DNA of 64,000 bases from Lytechinus pictus (GCF_037042905.1 NC_087263.1:11596001-11660000); one strand, 5' to 3'; positions 12,701-25,047 are shown, numbered from the stretch's first letter. The notes: generated from the letters alone by a model not told the origin. Translations and numbers: made by a program.

Positions 12701-15700
12701 CTGAATGTCATAGTTATAGTAAGCATCTAGTCTTTTTAAGAGATAATGATGTAGCGCTAGGCGATATTTTTTCTAGAATGGCAGTCTGTAGAGCAATTTG
12801 TACAGATAAAGGAGGGTGGCGCTGAGACAGATGCTGATAAAGATGCTGTCCTCGCCTTCCTCCTAGCTCTTTTATTTTCCAATTGAAGCATTCTATGTAC
12901 AAATTTGTTTTATGTTCCTTTTTTTTTAGGCAAAGGATAGCCTCGTTCCCATCATTCCCAGCGCAGACCCAATAGAAAGGGAGATTGATTTTATCCCTTC
13001 AAAGGCACCATACGATCCAAGACACATGCTTGCTGGTCGACCCAACCCAGGTAAGGGATTGCGGTGACGACGATGATGATGAAGGTGATGATGATGATGG
13101 TGGTGGGTGATGATGATGGTGGTGGTGATGATGATGATGGTTATGGTGGTGATGATGATTAAGGTGGTGATGATGATGATGATGAAGATGATGATGGTGA
13201 TGAGGATGATGATGGTGATGATGATGATGATGGTGAAGATGATGATGATAATGGTGAAGATGATGATGATGGACGGTGATGATGATGATGGTGATGATAG
13301 TGGTGATCATGATGGTGATGGTGATGGTGTTGATATTGACGATGATGATGATTGTGATGGTGATTTTACTGATGATGGTGGTGATGATGATGATGCTGAT
13401 GCAAATAATATTGATGATGTAGGTTAGAAGGAATTTAATGATAAGGGTTAGGTGCAGAAGGATGCTGATGCTGATGGTTACATGAATAACTTTGATGATA
13501 GTGATGATGGTTATGATAAAAGCGATGATACTGTAATAACCCTGAACATGATGATTATGATTGTGAAGAAGCTGATGATGATTAACTAGGATACATTTTC
13601 ACCCAAAATACAATCATCAATTCTAAAGTCCTCTAAATCGATATATGTATCTTGTTTCAGATAAGGTCAGCGAGTGGCAGTCTGGATTCTTTGACAAGGG
13701 TAGCTTCATGGAGATCATGGAACCATGGGCTCAGACTGTCGTTGCAGGGAGAGCCAAGTGAGTCATACATCATGTTTTTTTTTTTACCTCAAGTACTTGT
13801 AGTTTGACTCAGAATTGGGGACATTTCATTCATGAGAACCTTATTCGCTTAGATTATTTATTGTTCAAATTGCAGCAGTTTTTATTGCCCTTTTCTATTC
13901 ATTGGTGTGTAGGAGTGTAGCAATTTTCTATTTTGCATTGAAATGCTTTTAAGGGATTTTAAGGGTTATAATGATTTTCATTTTCCTGTTTGTATTTATT
14001 CTTTTGTGAAAGAAATTTGGGCACAATGTGGACAGGTTTATGTATATTTTTTCAATTTAATGCTCTGCATGATATATTTGTTTGTCAAATTATGACTTTG
14101 AAATTGTCCCAGATTAGAATTAAAAGAAGTTCTTGGACGACACCGATTTTAAATCCAATATACATGTAATGGCAGTACTTATTATGTTTCTAGTTTTCCA
14201 TCAAACATTATTCATCCTGTGTATACTCCTTCCTTTATTTGAAAAGATTGGGAGGTATACCTGTTGGTGTCGTCGCTGTGGAGACGAGGTCAGTGAACAT
14301 TGAGATCCCTGCTGACCCAGGCAATCCAACCTCAGAAGCAAAGGTAAAATTTTTACATTTTATTTGTGCATGTAGTCTCTATGTTATCCTCCCCCTCTCT
14401 TTATCCTCTCTCTCTTTCTCTTTCACTCTCTCTGTAACCGGATGGGTGTTTCATAAAGCTGTTAGTTACAAGCATCTTTACGAATGACTGGTGATCCTTT
14501 CTTATGCGTTAAATGCACATTAATGTAGATTTGGTGTGTATCATTTACCACAAGAAATAATCATCAGTCGATCGTAAAGTCGCTTATAAATTACAAACAG
14601 CTTAGTGATACACCCACCAGGTAAATGAATTGCTAGTAAATCTCAATTTTTCTCAACAGTTTCTTTCTTAGCATATGATTGTACATTCTGTTTTTATACT
14701 TATGACATGAGTATTTGCAAAGTAATTATTTAAGAAAAATTTATCTCGTTAGACAAATAAATTTTCTATTTGAATATTTCTTGCATTCAGAAAATGTTAT
14801 CCTTTTTAACTTTCAAAACAGACAATTTCTCAAGCTGGAATGGTGTGGTACCCAGACTCGGCCTTCAAGACTGCACAGGCCATCAAGGATTTCAACAGAG
14901 AAGGGTTACCACTCATTGTCTTTGCCAACTGGAGAGGTTTCTCTGGAGGAATGAAAGGTTTGTTTGTTTGTTTGTTTGTTTATTTTCCGATTATAAAAAA
15001 AAAACAATACATAAATATACATAACATAAATAAATAACATAAATGGCATTAATAGAAATAAACAAAATGAATTGCAAATATGTTGAGATAAAATAAATAA
15101 AATTATCGAAAGGATTGCCCATTTCAGAGTTATTGACATAAATTACTCTGTTCTTCCATGGGGTCCATAAAATGAAGAATGGAGGGAAGGGGTGGATTAA
15201 AGGAAGGAGAGAGGGAGGGAGACAATGGATGGATGAATGGATAGACAGATGGAGGTGGGAAGAGGGATGGATAGATGGAGGTATGGATGGAAGGATTGAT
15301 GGTTGGATTGATGGATGGATAGAGAGATGGAGGGAGGGAAGAGGGATGGATGGATGAAAGAATGGATTGATGGATGGATAGAGAGATGGAGGGAGGGAAG
15401 AGGGATGGATTGAAGGAAGGAGGGAGGGAGGGAGAGATGACTGGCAAGAGAAATTTATGAATGGTGGGAGGGAGGGACGGGGGCAGAGAAATTAGAGGTA
15501 TGGATGGAGGGATGAATGGATTGATAGAGAAATGGAGGAAGGAAGGGATTAATGCAGAGAGGCAGGGAAGGATATAGACATGGATGCAGGGAGGGAGTGG
15601 TCGGAGGAAAGGAAGGGGTGGATGGATGGATGGAAAGAGGAAGAGATGGATTGAGAGAGGGATATACATGTACAGGTAGACAAGTATGGAGGGAGGGAAG

Positions 15701-18700
15701 TGGATGGGTGGATGTACATTGTATTAATGGTTGGATGGGTAGATGGATGGATAGATGGGTGGATGGATGGATAGATGGACGGATGGATGGATGGAATGGT
15801 GGTTGGATGGGTGGATGGTTGGAGGGAAAGAGAGATAGCATGATGAAGGAAGGAGTGGACCAGCCAGCCTTATATGCACTGACACAAAGTGCATTGCTTC
15901 TTTCCAGAGTGAAAGTATTTTGTCAGTATAATTACTGTCCTACATACTACTGCCCTGTAACAAGCACTCCCTCCATTTCCGTTTTCCAGACATGTACGAG
16001 CAGGTGCTGAAGTACGGGTCCTACATCGTCGATGGCCTGTGCGAGTACAAACAACCAGTCATGGTCTACATCCCGCCCTTCGCTGAGCTGAGAGGAGGAT
16101 CCTGGGTGGTTATCGATCCCTCTATCAATCCTAAATACATGGAGATGTATGCTGATGAAGACAGCAGGTAAGTCAAAGGATAACTCAACATTGGGTCACG
16201 TATCATAAAGCTTAGCGATGGATCATGTGTCTGATTTATACAATTGATTCCATTGATTATTGCGTGTGGTCAATCAAAAAATTATCCCCAAGACCAATCA
16301 CTTTGTTTTACGTTACAGGTTCTTGGTTATACATGTACTTGCATGTTCATGTAAACCATTGGCTAATTCTGTGCTCATTTCAGAAAGTGCTATGGAAAGC
16401 CAATTTAATTATTATAATTTCAGTTATATTTTCTTGCATTTATAGTGTCTTGGAAAGGATAGCCAAATTATTTCTTATGATTTTTACTGATACCCTTGAT
16501 ACATGTAGGGGGAAACCCTGGTGCAGTGATCCACCTGCACTCCAATCAGTTATATCGGGAGGAGAGACCTGCGGGTCACAGTGATTCGGTTCGCCTCTCA
16601 CGTCCCTGGCACAGGTGACGCCAAACAAATAATGATAATAATAATGGAATTGTCTCGTTATGTATGTTTTAACTTTTCTCTGTAATAAAGAGCTACAGAT
16701 AGGGTGTCCCTCTCACAAGTGGTAATATAGATATAATTAAAATAGAAATAAATGAATAATTATCCCATTTTCAATATTTCAGAGGAGGTGTTCTGGAACC
16801 AGAGGGTACGGTCGAGATCAAATTCCGTAAGAAGGACCAGGTGAAAGTGATGAGACGCATCGATCCCGTTTGTTCTGCTCTCATGGAGAAACTGGCCAGA
16901 CCAACGATCAGTAAAGATGAAAAGACAGGTATGGGTGGTGATGATTTTGATGATAATGATGATGATGTTTCTTATGATGATGGCAATGATGATGATGATG
17001 GTTATGAAGATGAGGACGATGATGATGATGAAGAAGATGATGATGAAGATGATGATGGTGATAAAGATGAGGACAATGATGATGATGATGAGGAGGAGGA
17101 TAATGACAATGGTGATGATGATGGTGATGATGATGATGATTATGACGATAACAATGCTGATGATGTTGATGATGATGACGACAATGACAAGATGATGATG
17201 ATGATGGTGATACTCGGAAAAGTATACGATTGAAATCAAATTTCATTCATTCCATTTACTCCCTGCAGCACTAACCAAACAGCTGACAGAAAGAGAGGAT
17301 GCCTTATTACCCATCTATCATACTGTCGCTGTGACCTTCGCTGACCTTCACGACAGGGCAGGTCGCATGCAGGAGAAAGGTGTCATCTCAGTAAGTCTTA
17401 TTGTTGTTTTTACCCTGGCTGTAGCTGTTCTCAATCCAGGCACACAAGCATTTCAATGAAACAATGAATATTCCTGCGAGGAACCCATTTTCTACACCTG
17501 GGTCGAGTGCAGCACATTGCAGATAAGTTTTCACAGAAGACATATATCCCACAGATATGATTATATACGTCTCATTGCCTTTTAAGTGTAAAAATCTGAA
17601 ATGCATGACAATAGACTCCAACATTATACCTTTGCAAAAAAAAACTTCCCCTGTGTAACTTACATAACAGGTGTACACCACAGCTTCTTAACCAGCTAAT
17701 GAATGTATATTTTAATATCCTCTTTCTGCAGGAAATCCTGAAGTGGAAGACATCGCGGACGTTCTTCTACTGGAGGTTGCGCCGTCTCATCCTGGAGCAT
17801 GCCGTCACCAAGAGGATCTCTATGGGTAACCCTAAGCTCTCCCACGGAGAGATCCAGTCCATGCTCAGAAGATGGTTCGTGGAAGACCAGGGTACAGTCA
17901 ACGTGAGTAGATTTTCTTTTCATTTTTTCATTTATTTATTTTTAATTTAAGATAAAAACATCTTATAACAAGGTAATACAAATATTTGTTAGAGGAAGAT
18001 CATAAAAAGCACACAGATGGCTTGTTGGAAATGATCCTCACAAACATAAAAATTTAAAAACCTGATTTAACTAAATATGCATTAAAAAGGAAATATTAAA
18101 ATATATGAAAAATATAAACAAAATAAGGAAAGATATACAGCAAGCTAGAAAATGCAATTCATGAATCACAATATTTGATGGAAAAGATATATGCCAAAGG
18201 CAATTATCAGTTAATAGAGAGAGAGGGGCGGGTGATTGATTAAGAGTATCTCTATTGAGGACCCTGTCTATGCTTAAAGGAGATGGTTAGTGGAAGATCT
18301 GGGCACAGTAAACATGAGTAAATGTAAGATTTTTAGAGATTGATTGCCTTATTTAATTTGAAAGCAAGAAAATGTTGGTTAACTCTGCGGACCTTTTTTT
18401 TTTTAAATCTCAACGGTTATTTGATTTTTGAGAGGTTTGTTTCTACAGACTAAGCTTGTCTTAAACTTTATATTGATCTTTTTCTCGTCAAATTTAGTCC
18501 TATCTTTGGGAGGATAACAAGGCGGTGACGAGCTGGTTAGCAGAACAAGAGAAGAAAGAAAAGGAGACCAATTCTTCATTCTTGGTGGAGAATATCAAAT
18601 CAGTGAAGAGGGATAGCATCATGCAACAGATGAGACAGTAAGGGAGACTGTACTAGGAATGGATGGAGGGATGGGTGAATAGGTGGATGGATTGATGGAT

Positions 18701-19673
18701 GGATGGGTGGGTGAGTGGATGGGTGGATGGATGGATGGATGGATGGGTGGGTGGATGAATAAGTGGATGGAAATTGATGGATGAATAGATAAATGGATCT
18801 ACAGACCTGCCAACCAGTACGTTTTTTGCGTATTTAGTACGTTTGTACAACCAAAATACGGCAGTACGTTTTTTTTACAAAATCGTAATTTATTGAGAAA
18901 AATCATCTCTATATATGTCTCTATTTCATGAAACCTACACAAATATGGTTATTAGATCAATGTAATTTTAGGTAACTTGTTTTTTTTTTCAGTAATTTTG
19001 TTAAAACCAGGGTGAGATATACACATGTTTAAATGTTTTTTTGTTCATCTGCAAGAGCAGTGCGCATTTTAGCTTGCATGCAGCTTGAGCGCCGCAATGA
19101 GCGAGTGCGCCACGCATTTTATTATGAAATACACTTTTTTGGGGGAAAATACACTTTTGTTTATTACAGAATACACTTTTTCAGAGAGGTTGGCAGGTCT
19201 GGATCTATGAATAAAGGAAGGAAGGAATGAATGAAATAAGGAATATATGCATGAATGAATTTATGAATGAATAGATGGATCAATCAATCAGTTGTTCAAT
19301 TTTGCAATCAATCACTTCATAGGGGCAATCCCATGCAATATAAACCCTACATGTATATTAGGCACCTTTTTAAAAACTATTTGTCCCATCAACCTTGTAA
19401 TGCTCTCAAATTATCAAGGTTTGAGCATTTCATGAAGCGAAGTAAGAATGTAAAAAAAAAGGGGGGTAGGACAAACAAAGGTAAAAGATTCCTTGAAATG
19501 AAAATTTGACGGGCATCTCTGATCTTTATTTCTTTTTTCCTTTTGGCAGGCTCGTCCTTGAGAACCCTGATGTCGCCTTAGACTCCATCATCCACATCTC
19601 CCAACAGATGTCGTCCAGCCAACGCACGGAAGCTGCCAGGATACTCTCATCCATAGAACACAAATCAAATTGA
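3586..19673 (+). CDS. ACC: Acetyl-CoA carboxylase, 3' portion (end of central region plus carboxyltransferase domain); 18 coding exons, about 790 aa; 5' part outside the window
   Basis: Spliced exons 3586-3741, 4420-4485, 6407-6481, 7340-7471, 8693-8830, 10977-11097, 11249-11346, 11943-12197, 12930-13050, 13661-13757, 14247-14343, 14822-14957, 15990-16167, 16783-16928, 17269-17390, 17732-17902, 18498-18637, 19550-19673 (2373 nt, open frame, all GT-AG). ACC motifs: [120 protein letters not shown]. Confidence 0.98.
4420..4485 (+). CDS. ACC: ACC exon ([22 protein letters not shown])
   Basis: aatag| and |gtaag; phase 0-0; fills the gap between FRQ and the ELV..MNR segment. Confidence 0.85.
5007..5806. 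mobile_element. Non-autonomous TIR element (hAT-like TAGGG ends) with a 6-bp TSD
   Basis: Perfect 19-bp TIR TAGGGACAGTGATTTTCCG; GAGATG on both flanks; subterminal ACGGAA repeats. Confidence 0.9.
6407..6481 (+). CDS. ACC: ACC exon ([25 protein letters not shown])
   Basis: tttag| and |gtaagt. Confidence 0.92.
7340..7471 (+). CDS. ACC: ACC exon (IGMVAW...[20 protein letters not shown])
   Basis: ttcag| and |gtgcgt. Confidence 0.96.
8693..8830 (+). CDS. ACC: ACC exon (KASDHA...[11 protein letters not shown]...EPEK)
   Basis: cgcag| and |gtactg. Confidence 0.96.
8978..9248 (+). mobile_element. tRNA-derived SINE (continues after the Penelope insertion at 10573 to about 10640)
   Basis: A-box-like TGGTCCAGTGGTTAGAGC and B-box-like AGTTCGAATCC, followed by a non-tRNA body that is split by the Penelope insertion. 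Confidence 0.7.
9249..10572 (+). mobile_element. 5'-truncated Penelope-like retroelement (Neptune-type GIY-YIG C-terminus) in an ACC intron
   Basis: ORF end [20 protein letters not shown]...HF..PNHS...[18 protein letters not shown] (stop at 9544); T-rich 3' UTR; hammerhead motif near the 3' end; flanked by the 13-bp direct repeat GAGTTCCTACAGG (9236-9248 and 10573-10585). Confidence 0.9.
10456..10494 (+). ncRNA. Minimal type I hammerhead ribozyme motif of the Penelope-like element
   Basis: gcc t C(C)GACGA a GATTCT-gct-AGGATC GAAA GCTT A ggc: CUGANGA-like box (U4>C), stem II hairpin, GAAA box, palindromic AAGCTT helix III, and helix I gcc/ggc. Confidence 0.75.
10977..11097 (+). CDS. ACC: ACC exon (GFKYLYLTP...YKITDII)
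   Basis: cgtag| and |gtgagc. Confidence 0.96.
11249..11346 (+). CDS. ACC: ACC exon ([19 protein letters not shown]...ITLNM)
   Basis: actag| and |gtacgt. Confidence 0.96.
11943..12197 (+). CDS. ACC: ACC exon ([11 protein letters not shown]...WLSYMPK)
   Basis: ttcag| and |gtgagg. Confidence 0.97.
12930..13050 (+). CDS. ACC: ACC exon (AKDSLVP...[14 protein letters not shown])
   Basis: tttag| and |gtaagg. Confidence 0.95.
13065..13580. repeat. (GAT/GGT)n microsatellite
   Basis: Visible directly; similar tracts at 16935-17210, 24217-24350, 25648-25880 and 33686-33780. Confidence 0.95.
13661..13757 (+). CDS. ACC: ACC exon ([27 protein letters not shown])
   Basis: ttcag| and |gtgagt. Confidence 0.96.
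14247..14343 (+). CDS. ACC: ACC exon ([14 protein letters not shown]...IPADP..SEAK)
   Basis: aaaag| and |gtaaaa. Confidence 0.95.
14438..14621. mobile_element. Harbinger-like palindromic MITE copy
   Basis: Homologous to 45929-46106 (gtttcataaagctg...cagct..gatacacccaccagg). Confidence 0.75.
14822..14957 (+). CDS. ACC: ACC exon ([21 protein letters not shown]...WRGFSGGMK)
   Basis: aacag| and |gtttgt. Confidence 0.96.
15170..15860. repeat. (GGAT/GGAG)n purine-rich low-complexity tract
   Basis: Visible directly; a similar tract lies at 18655-18795. Confidence 0.92.
15990..16167 (+). CDS. ACC: ACC exon ([15 protein letters not shown]...[12 protein letters not shown]...EDSR)
   Basis: tccag| and |gtaagt. 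Confidence 0.97.
16783..16928 (+). CDS. ACC: ACC exon ([15 protein letters not shown]...DEKT)
   Basis: ttcag| and |gtatgg. Confidence 0.96.
17269..17390 (+). CDS. ACC: ACC exon (LTKQL...[17 protein letters not shown]...KGVIS)
   Basis: tgcag| and |gtaagt. Confidence 0.96.
17732..17902 (+). CDS. ACC: ACC exon ([18 protein letters not shown]...[14 protein letters not shown])
   Basis: tgcag| and |gtgagt. Confidence 0.96.
18498..18637 (+). CDS. ACC: ACC exon ([14 protein letters not shown]...QQMR)
   Basis: tttag| and |gtaagg. Confidence 0.93.
18802..19201. mobile_element. Non-autonomous TIR element (hAT-like)
   Basis: Perfect 14-bp TIR CAGACCTGCCAACC; GATCTA duplicated on both flanks. Confidence 0.85.
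19550..19673 (+). CDS. ACC: ACC terminal coding exon ([21 protein letters not shown]...HKSN*)
   Basis: ggcag| acceptor; TGA at 19671-19673; resembles the animal ACC C-terminus (NPEVAMDSIIH). Confidence 0.93.
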
Positions 19674-21647
19674 TGCGGTTCAACTGCCGTCCCGGAAGTC
19701 AAATGTAATGTGTACCCAGGGCAACAAGAATCAAAATGCCATCGCTTCTAGACAGAGTTCTCTTTCATACACAGGCTTTGCTAGTAATTATGATGATAGG
19801 TGTACTGTGTTCCCATGGCAACAAGAATCGTAGCTCCATTGTTTCTGGACAGAATTATGTTTCAGACACAGAACTGCTATTTATGATGAGGATACATGAA
19901 AATAAACTTTACAACCATGGAAACAGAAGTCATATCTCTTTTATGGAGCAAGAATCACACTGGATCTATCTGTACCATAGTGGGGGATGTGTAATAAGTT
20001 TCGTTACCATGCCAACATGAATCTGAACTCTTATGAAACAAGAATCTGACGAATAATGAATGTATGTCGAGAATCCGATCGATGCGGTCCTGCTCTCTAC
20101 GAAATAAAGAATTGAACTTCCATCCAGCAAGAATCCAATAATGACGACTTTCACTAACACATGTATTCCTGTGTTTCTGACGAGAATTCTCTTTCATACA
20201 CTCAATTTGTATTGAATCAAATTATGTGTAGGACTTACCCAGGTTGCATCATATAAACTGTACAGTACTTTGCATGTTATCCTCTTAGTTGAAGATGTGA
20301 AAATGTACCTCTGCAATTCTTAAATTTTCACACGACTACATGTACATGTATAGAAAAGTGCCTTAATCAATTGAATTATTATTTGTGGTAGGTGAAGATG
20401 CTTTATACATTTGTGTGTATAATTATTGTTATTGGGCAATTCCATGAAATGATCAACCTTTTTGTACATTTGACCCCCATTTTTTTCAAGTTTTACTTCA
20501 GAGAACACTACATACTGTCAAAGGAACAACAAATCAGAGACAGAGAATTTCATGAACGTTTCACGTATAGGGGATCGGATTATTACATATTATTACATGT
20601 ACATGTTATTGGCACTGATTTGATGAATAGAAATGATGGTTGCTATTCGCATAGTCCACTATAGTCTAATTCTCAGATCTTCCATCATCATGGCTAAACC
20701 CATCGACCGGGGGTAGCAAAAATATTCACATGTAAGGCTTGCACGGAACAATAAGACAGAGCCTTTACTTATTTACTGAGGGATGGTATGGCTCAATGTA
20801 CACTTTTTTTTGGTAGTGCGAACACAATACAAGAGATTGTACATGTATATTCAGGGTGTACAGTATTTTATCTTATGTTGAATACTTCTTGCTTGTTTAA
20901 ACGATGTTTGTTTTACAGGGTTTTAAATTATCAGAAAGAAATAGTTTGCGTTGGAAAACGCATACGCAATTGAGGTGTACTACACTTGTGGGATATTATT
21001 TAATTGTTTCTAATATGTTTGTAATGTATGGAAATGTACTTTCATATACTTTGTTTATTGGTTACTTTAACCCTATAACTCTTCACTTGACTAAAGTTGG
21101 TTTATTTGAATTTGTAGAATTTATAATATTACTTCTATGATAACTCAATTCATTTTACCACGTTGGTTTGGTACCTAAATTCATTAATGTATAGCAGTTA
21201 TACATGTAGTATAGCAGTTTTCTTATTTTAAATCTGGTATTCACAAATGTAACTGCACACGTTGAGCATTCAAGCTAAATGACCAGAAAGTATTTTAAAA
21301 TTTATTATTCTGCTTCCCTTTTGTTAGAGCACAGAATTACATGCACATGTAAAATTTAAGATAATTTTATTTAAATATTTCATTTAGTATTCCTTTATAT
21401 TTGGAGCACACACAGCTTTATCATACAGGTTTATGTACATGTACAATTTTAGATGGTTATATTTATATATTTTATTCTAAATGAGTCTGTTATGTAATAT
21501 GTATATGCCAGACATTGGAGGTGTTTTCTGTGACAATATGTTTTCATACATTGAGGTCCTCTTTTTAACATCCTATCGGAGGAACTGAGGGAGTCACTGT
21601 AAAGGAGGGGTATGATACATGTAAGTGCATACATGTACATCAGTCAT

Positions 21648-21723
21648 CCACCCAGGGAGGGCTTGAACCCCTGAACTTTATTGTGATAGGTAGACACACT
21701 ACCACCCGAGCCAATCCACTTCC
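21648..21723 (-). mobile_element. Degenerate tRNA-like / SINE head
   Basis: Minus strand has an A box TGGCTCGGGTGG and a B box GGTTCAAGCC at tRNA spacing. Confidence 0.5.
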
Positions 21724-21981
21724 TATTGCATAATACAATTTTTTTAATAGATGCGTTTTATTATGCAAGTATTTCAACTTGGCAACAAGGATAGTACTGG
21801 TTTTCTAGATCATACATGTACCTCAGGGACTCTTTTTTTTTTCTTTCTAATTATACCTACACTGTACCTGTATATACATGTTAAGAAATAGAAAATTTTG
21901 AAATGTTCTTCATGTCACCTCATAGTTGTACAGCTCATTGCCCTTTGACACTGACTGCATGTTATTGTGGAAGTATGGTGG

Positions 21982-22211
21982 TTAACCCATTGCCTACTGG
22001 AAACAAATGGTTCCTGTACGAATCCTATGGGAATTACAGAATTCATAAGTCAACTTGTTAACCTATCGCCTACTGGAACCCTGTGGTTCCTGTATAAAGC
22101 CTATGGGAATTACAGAATTTAGTAGTCAACAGGTTAAACCATTGCCTACTGGATGTAACCCCTGTAGAAAAAGCCTTTGGGAATTACCGAATTCCGTAGT
22201 CAACAGGTTAA
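21982..22211. repeat. Three tandem 74-76-bp units separated by TTAA, each with short TIR-like ends
   Basis: TTAA at 21982, 22058, 22134 and 22208; unit CCCATTGCCTACTGG...GGGAATTAC.GAATT..TAGTCAACAGG. Confidence 0.85.
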
Positions 22212-25047
22212 CCATGGCCAAAGTCAAAACCATATTTCAGAAAACTGGCCATTGTGTTAATAGCTTGGATGCCACTTTTTTTTTACGAAAGTCTGAATTC
22301 AGAATTTTTTAACATACTTCGTCCATAGAAAACGCATTTTCATGTACTGTAGGAAAGGGGTAATTATAGATGATTTTTAGACTTCTTTTATAGATTTTCA
22401 GTGGCATTTCCTGTAATAAAGATCATATAAATATACGTGTTTGTGCATGGACAGTACTGGCTGCTTTCTATAGGCATGTGTAATTTCCCATTTGTGTGTG
22501 ACTTTTAGTTTCTGTTTATGTATCATATGTAGCGATAGTTGGGGTTCATGCACATTTCATTGGTTTCTATTCTTTACTTTTAGTTTCAATTCCTTTGAAA
22601 TTAGCAAATTGTCATCGAAGGTTGTATGCACCTTTTTTTTCATGGATCAAGTCACTTGGCCACCATATTATTTGAAGCATTGGTAACCTTGTAATGCGCT
22701 GTTTTGTGATGCAAAAGAGTTTTTTGTGTTCTGACTTAACCTTCGCAAATGGTTTAAACAAAGAAAGTTGTGTAGCGCATTAGTTTATAATGTTAAATTG
22801 ATCAAGGTAGATGTATCAAACTGAGTTTTATGAAATGTATTGCAGAGATATATTGTGAGCAGCTTTTTATATATTTTTTTATACAATGTATTAAATTTGA
22901 CTTGTGAACAACTTTCATTGATGATGAAAAATAAGAAATTTCTATGAATTAATTTGATCGGATTTCAGTCGGCGACATACAGAGTATTCATCACTGCAGA
23001 GGCTGTTATAAAGAGTTGTATACGTGCATGTCCACTGCGAATGAAAATAGTCTTATTACGGACTGTTTTGCCACTTTAACTCGGCCATATATGCGACATC
23101 AGAGAGCGAGGTCAGGGGGTGTTGCAAGGAAATATTTGCAATCAATTGTAAATATTCTGTCGAAATTGTACAATTGATAGCTCAATTTTAACTGTAGAGA
23201 ATCAGATTACACTCCTATTTTCAAGAAGCAGATTAGCGATCAACCAGAAATTTACAATTAATTGCAAAAGATGTGATTGATTTAGGGAACAAAAATAGAC
23301 TTGCAATTGATCGAAAGTTTCTTGCAACACACCACAAGTGAATATTGATGAAATGTTCAGTGTACCGAATTATACATTAGTATTATTTTAACCATTCTAA
23401 TTAATTAATGTATTACATATGAAAATGTGCAATTTTATTATATACATTACATGTATCTATTCAATTGTAATACACTATCAGAGCGAAAGTGGGTGTATTT
23501 TGTATATTTTGGGGAGAGTGTTATGATTAAGAATCTAAATGTAGCACAAAGGGTTGTAATCACAATTTATATGTTCAGTAGGTACTTGTGTTCTTATTTA
23601 ATAATGCAGAAAATTTTTTGTTTTGCAAAATTGATTAACAACAATTAAAGTTTGATTACTTCTCAAGCATCACTTGCATTTGCTGATGCATCGTGGGTTG
23701 CTGATGCATCGTGGGATATAATCGTTGATACATTTACTGTTATATGCTCTGGATATCAACATTTATCCATAGCAGTAGAGAGAAGTGTTACTGAATGTGT
23801 ATCTTTAATATTAATAATATGTTAATAGTATATCTGTATGGTGAGATGTATTGAGTATACTACATTGAATTATTGACCAAAATTATGTGCTGGAATGAAA
23901 TATTCAATTTGTATAGATTGGGAGATTTGGAAATATATGTACTTTTATCAGCTGATGCTTTTCTTGATGAATAATTGAAGATGTTTTTCATACATAGATG
24001 TATATGCTTTAGAGAATCAAATTTTGTTTGAATAAAATTCAAATGGTTGCATTATTTTGGTTTCAAGAAATGTAAGTTTTGTTTATTGGAGTATGAATGT
24101 TCATTTTGAATGATGGGTTGATTGATTGGAATTCCTTGAATGCTCAAGCGCCTGACCAGTGACAACCAGGATACTAATAATGTAGTACATGTATAAGTGT
24201 TGCATATGAGTATTATAATCATCATTTTCATAATCATATTGATTTCATCATCATAATCATATTATCATAGTCATCACTATCCTCATAATTATCATCGTCA
24301 TCCTCATAATCATATTCATCATCATCCTCATCGTAGTCATCAACATTATCTCATTATATTTACATCCTCTCTCTCTTCCTACTACCTACAGTAGAACAGG
24401 AACATTGAAATGCAAAAATAATGGAAACAGTACATTTTGTTTTTCAATATGATTTTGCACGAATGACAAAACACCAGTACCTACATGTACATATATGTAT
24501 AATTTAGTAAACAATATAAATTTCTCAATATCAAAATACAATACATGAATAACAAGTATTACAAATAGCAATCAGAGAGAGTTGTAGCCATGCATCCATA
24601 TGCAGTGCAACCCAACTGATAATTATTAGTGATTTATCGTAACTTAATCACAAATACGACTAATTACCTACGATTGTAAAGCTTAGTATCTCCTCTTTCA
24701 CCTGATATAATTCAGAAGATTCCTCATTCACGCATGAATAAGTGAAAATTTGAAGAAAGGATACCGAAAAGTCCCTTGTGGGGGGAGCCTGAGGGGTATC
24801 TGGATTTCAACAAGAAAATCATGCTCAGAAGTTCAATGTCTGCTCTTTATGTTCACACCTCCATCACAGAAAATGGTCAAGAAATAAGAAAGCTCTGCTA
24901 ATTTAAAGTAATTCTTGAATTTCAATAAAAATGAAGAGAAATTGCAGGCTAACTGTTGGACTTTAAACATAATGATAATAGATATCTACATGTACATGTA
25001 CATGTATATTGTGCCATCTATCTAGATTCAATCTATTCTGAGGTGTG

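Noticed and set aside
12999..13427. His-rich and Met-rich ORFs (also 16760-17246 and 25473-25984)
   Set aside because: Translations of (GAT/CAT)n microsatellites.
15130..16010. Pro/Ser-rich and Gly/Trp-rich ORFs of 128-179 aa
   Set aside because: Translations of a (GGAT/GGAG)n low-complexity intronic tract.
16841..17233. ORF reading from the ACC exon into a poly-Asp/Glu tail
   Set aside because: It is read-through into a (GAT)n intronic microsatellite, which is naturally open in two of three frames. A canonical donor at 16929 and the next exon at 17269 restore the ACC frame.
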